A stretch of 47,294 nt of DNA from a virus. Taxonomy: Duplodnaviria; Caudoviricetes. The stretch is taken from positions 1-47,294 of IMG/VR virus record IMGVR_UViG_3300048599_000894. One strand, given 5' to 3'. The stretch's first letter is position 1, and each line of letters opens with the position of its first letter. The notes under the pieces were generated by a model. That model did not search any database, had not been told where the DNA came from, and was given only the letters and a program-made list of their open reading frames with translations. Positions 45,107-47,294 of the stretch are shown one piece after another. The position numbers and the translations under genes are program-made.

Positions 45107-46497
45107 ATTTACTATCTTATTTCACAAAAAAGAATACCCCATTCTCATATAGTCAGGAGAAAGAGGATTTATTTTCTCGCTTAGAGAAATACTACGATTC
45201 CAATGACTTGTATGAGAATTTAAACGGGTATAAATTAGCTTACCCTGAAACATTTGTAGAGGAAATGAAACCTCTCCGTAACCCTGTTAATCGTACAGTG
45301 GAGTTTTATGTTTCTAAACTGCTTCCTGGTAATATACAATTAACTGCCTCAGATAATATCAAGCAGTATATTGAGGACTTCTATAAATGGAGTAACTTTA
45401 CTGTCCAGAAGCAGGCTAGTATTCGAGAATTTGCACTATTCGGGAATTTATTCTGGAAGGTTGTTTCTGATGGTAATAAAGTTTGGTTAGAGGATATTTC
45501 CCCTAAGTATGTTACTTCATTTAAAACAGACCCTAGAGGCTATCTAACTGAAATCAGAATAGATATTCCTAGAGTTGATGATAATAACAAGCATTACACC
45601 TACATCGAATATTGGAACAAAGATTACTTTGCTACCTGGAAGGATTATACCGGTAGTAAGAGTTTAGATAACCTGGGAGACCCTCAAGAGTATGCTACTT
45701 TAGCAGAGATTGGTATAGATTTTATTCCCATTGTATTTATCAAGTTTAAGGATACTGGTAAAAAATGGGGGGATGGTTGTGTTAATCACGCTCTGCTAAA
45801 GATTGATGAAGTTAACCGACAAGCTACCCGTTTACATTCCATGTTATTTAGATATAACAAAGCCTTATTGGTATTAAGTGCTGGTGGCACTGACAAGGAC
45901 GGGAGACCTTTACCCCCTCCACCTGTAACTAAAAACACTGAATTAAAAGATAACTCAATACTCTCTCTCCCTGGTAGTGCTACTCTTAGCTCATTAGTAC
46001 CTGATATTAATTACTCCGATGCTTTAGCGGTTGTTAATGCTCAAATGGCTGAGATTGAGAAAGACTTACCTGAGTTGAAATATAGCTCATTGGATACTAA
46101 CTCTCTCTCCGGTAAGGCAATTAGATTACTGTTAGGCCCCGCTATTGAGAGAGCTAAAGAAGCTCAAGCTAACTTGATTGCTGGCTTAATTAGAGTAAAT
46201 GAAATCGCTTTAACTATCGGTAAAAATTATGGTATTTTCCCTGATACTATCGGTAATTATGAAGCAGGTGATTTTGAACACTCAATTATAGCTCCTGAGA
46301 TTATTCAACTTGAGCAAGATGAGGAAGCTACTACCCTTAAGACATTGATTGAAGCTGGATTACCGCTCAAGTCTGCTTTGAAGTTAATGGGTTACTCAGC
46401 TACTCAAATTGATGAAATCATGGCTGATAAGTTGGAAGAAAACTCACTTTCTAGTCAGGCTTTAGCTAATTCACTGGCTACCTTTAATGGTGCATAA
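45103..46497 (+). CDS. Portal protein (SPP1-like)
   Basis: Follows terL; LEKYY, FIPIV, LSGKAIR. Confidence 0.82.
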   Translation: MNLLSYFTKKNTPFSYSQEKEDLFSRLEKYYDSNDLYENLNGYKLAYPETFVEEMKPLRNPVNRTVEFYVSKLLPGNIQLTASDNIKQYIEDFYKWSNFTVQKQASIREFALFGNLFWKVVSDGNKVWLEDISPKYVTSFKTDPRGYLTEIRIDIPRVDDNNKHYTYIEYWNKDYFATWKDYTGSKSLDNLGDPQEYATLAEIGIDFIPIVFIKFKDTGKKWGDGCVNHALLKIDEVNRQATRLHSMLFRYNKALLVLSAGGTDKDGRPLPPPPVTKNTELKDNSILSLPGSATLSSLVPDINYSDALAVVNAQMAEIEKDLPELKYSSLDTNSLSGKAIRLLLGPAIERAKEAQANLIAGLIRVNEIALTIGKNYGIFPDTIGNYEAGDFEHSIIAPEIIQLEQDEEATTLKTLIEAGLPLKSALKLMGYSATQIDEIMADKLEENSLSSQALANSLATFNGA

Positions 46498-47294
46498 TGT
46501 ATAGAAGTGACGTTCTCAAGTTACTAACAAAGTATCAAGGTGAGCTAGCTAATGTAGAGAAAGAAACATTTCTCAGTTTAGCTCAAGGTTGGGGGACTAT
46601 CGAGAAAGCCTTAGCAGGTTATTTAACTGAGTTATCTAAACTAGAAGTTAAAACCTCTAATCAGCTTTACAAGGATTCTATCTATAAAGCCTTTTTAAGT
46701 GCTTCTAAACAGAATATAGCTATCTATAGTCAAGTTGCTGCTGGAAGTGTCTCAAATGCCCAATTAAAGGCATTCCAGTTAAGTCAAGCGTTTAGTTCTG
46801 ACTTTCTACAGGCTAGTTTTGTTAAATTACCTGTTAATAAAATTAATAATTTTATTGGCCTAAGTAGAGAGGGTACACCACTATATAACTTATTAATGCA
46901 GAGTTATCCAGAGACTACGGTTAGATTAACAGATACTTTATTAAAAGGTATAGCACTGGGTAAAAATCCTAGAATTATCGCTAAGGAACTGAAGTTAGAT
47001 ATGAATGGTAATCTGGATAGAGCTTTGCGGATTGCCAGAACTGAAATGAATAATGTATTCAGAGATACTAACCTGCTTGAATTTCAGAAAAGTGGAGTTG
47101 TAAAAGAATGGGAATGGATAGCTGAGGATAATGCTTGTGATATTTGTGCGGAAAATAACGGTAAACATTTTAGCTTAGATACCTCTTTCGACACTCACCC
47201 CAATTGCCGATGTGCTCCACTTGAGCTTCCCCCGGAAAAGTGGACACAAAAACAAGGAGAATGGGATACAGTGAAGGGGAACGGAGGAAGCTGA
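46497..47294 (+). CDS. MuF/SPP1 gp7-like minor head protein (native C-terminus probably replaced by IS sequence)
   Basis: RALRIARTE, WIA..CDIC, HPNCRC. Confidence 0.85.
   Translation: MYRSDVLKLLTKYQGELANVEKETFLSLAQGWGTIEKALAGYLTELSKLEVKTSNQLYKDSIYKAFLSASKQNIAIYSQVAAGSVSNAQLKAFQLSQAFSSDFLQASFVKLPVNKINNFIGLSREGTPLYNLLMQSYPETTVRLTDTLLKGIALGKNPRIIAKELKLDMNGNLDRALRIARTEMNNVFRDTNLLEFQKSGVVKEWEWIAEDNACDICAENNGKHFSLDTSFDTHPNCRCAPLELPPEKWTQKQGEWDTVKGNGGS
47222..47294 (+). mobile_element. Probable IS3-family left end (truncated by the window)
   Basis: TGAGCTTCCCCCGGAAAAGTGGACA resembles IS3-family terminal IRs; AAGGAG RBS and ATG at 47261 in another frame. Confidence 0.55.

Larger units (their letters stand above)
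30474..47221 (+). mobile_element. Phage 2 (compact AT-rich siphovirus-like element; right end beyond the window)
   Basis: Abrupt composition change; own initiator, lysin, capsid, tail, terminase and portal; no integrase in the window. Confidence 0.9.

Noticed and set aside
30748-47294. Stop-codon recoding in TAG-rich phage 2
   Set aside because: Genes are full length in the standard code and several end in TAG

Overview
The window holds two adjacent, compositionally different tailed-phage genomes joined at a tRNA-Val(TAC) gene. Element 1 (1 to ~30.3 kb, left end outside the window) is a temperate siphovirus-like prophage. It carries recombination genes (ERCC4 nuclease, RecT-like annealase, Cas4-like exonuclease), a J-domain protein, a DNA methyltransferase, a vWA protein, VapE helicase / iteron origin / prim-pol, HK97-type head and non-contractile tail genes, a GH25 lysin with holins, a short leftward accessory operon and a tyrosine integrase next to the tRNA. 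Element 2 (~30.5 kb to the end) is an AT-richer compact siphovirus with permuted gene order, no GATC site found by manual reading, and a probable IS3 end at the right edge. The main unexplained signals are: (i) a non-palindromic motif, C-tract + TACTGAG, with 27 core copies (~1 per kb) inside element-1 coding sequences on both strands and in several reading frames; (ii) two type II hammerhead ribozymes with a 1-nt core insertion that separate the genes of an acr-aca-like operon; (iii) a tRNA-shaped RNA lacking a normal anticodon arm. Host is tentatively Chloroflexota/Anaerolineae (weak inference). All calls come from reading the sequence; no searches were run.
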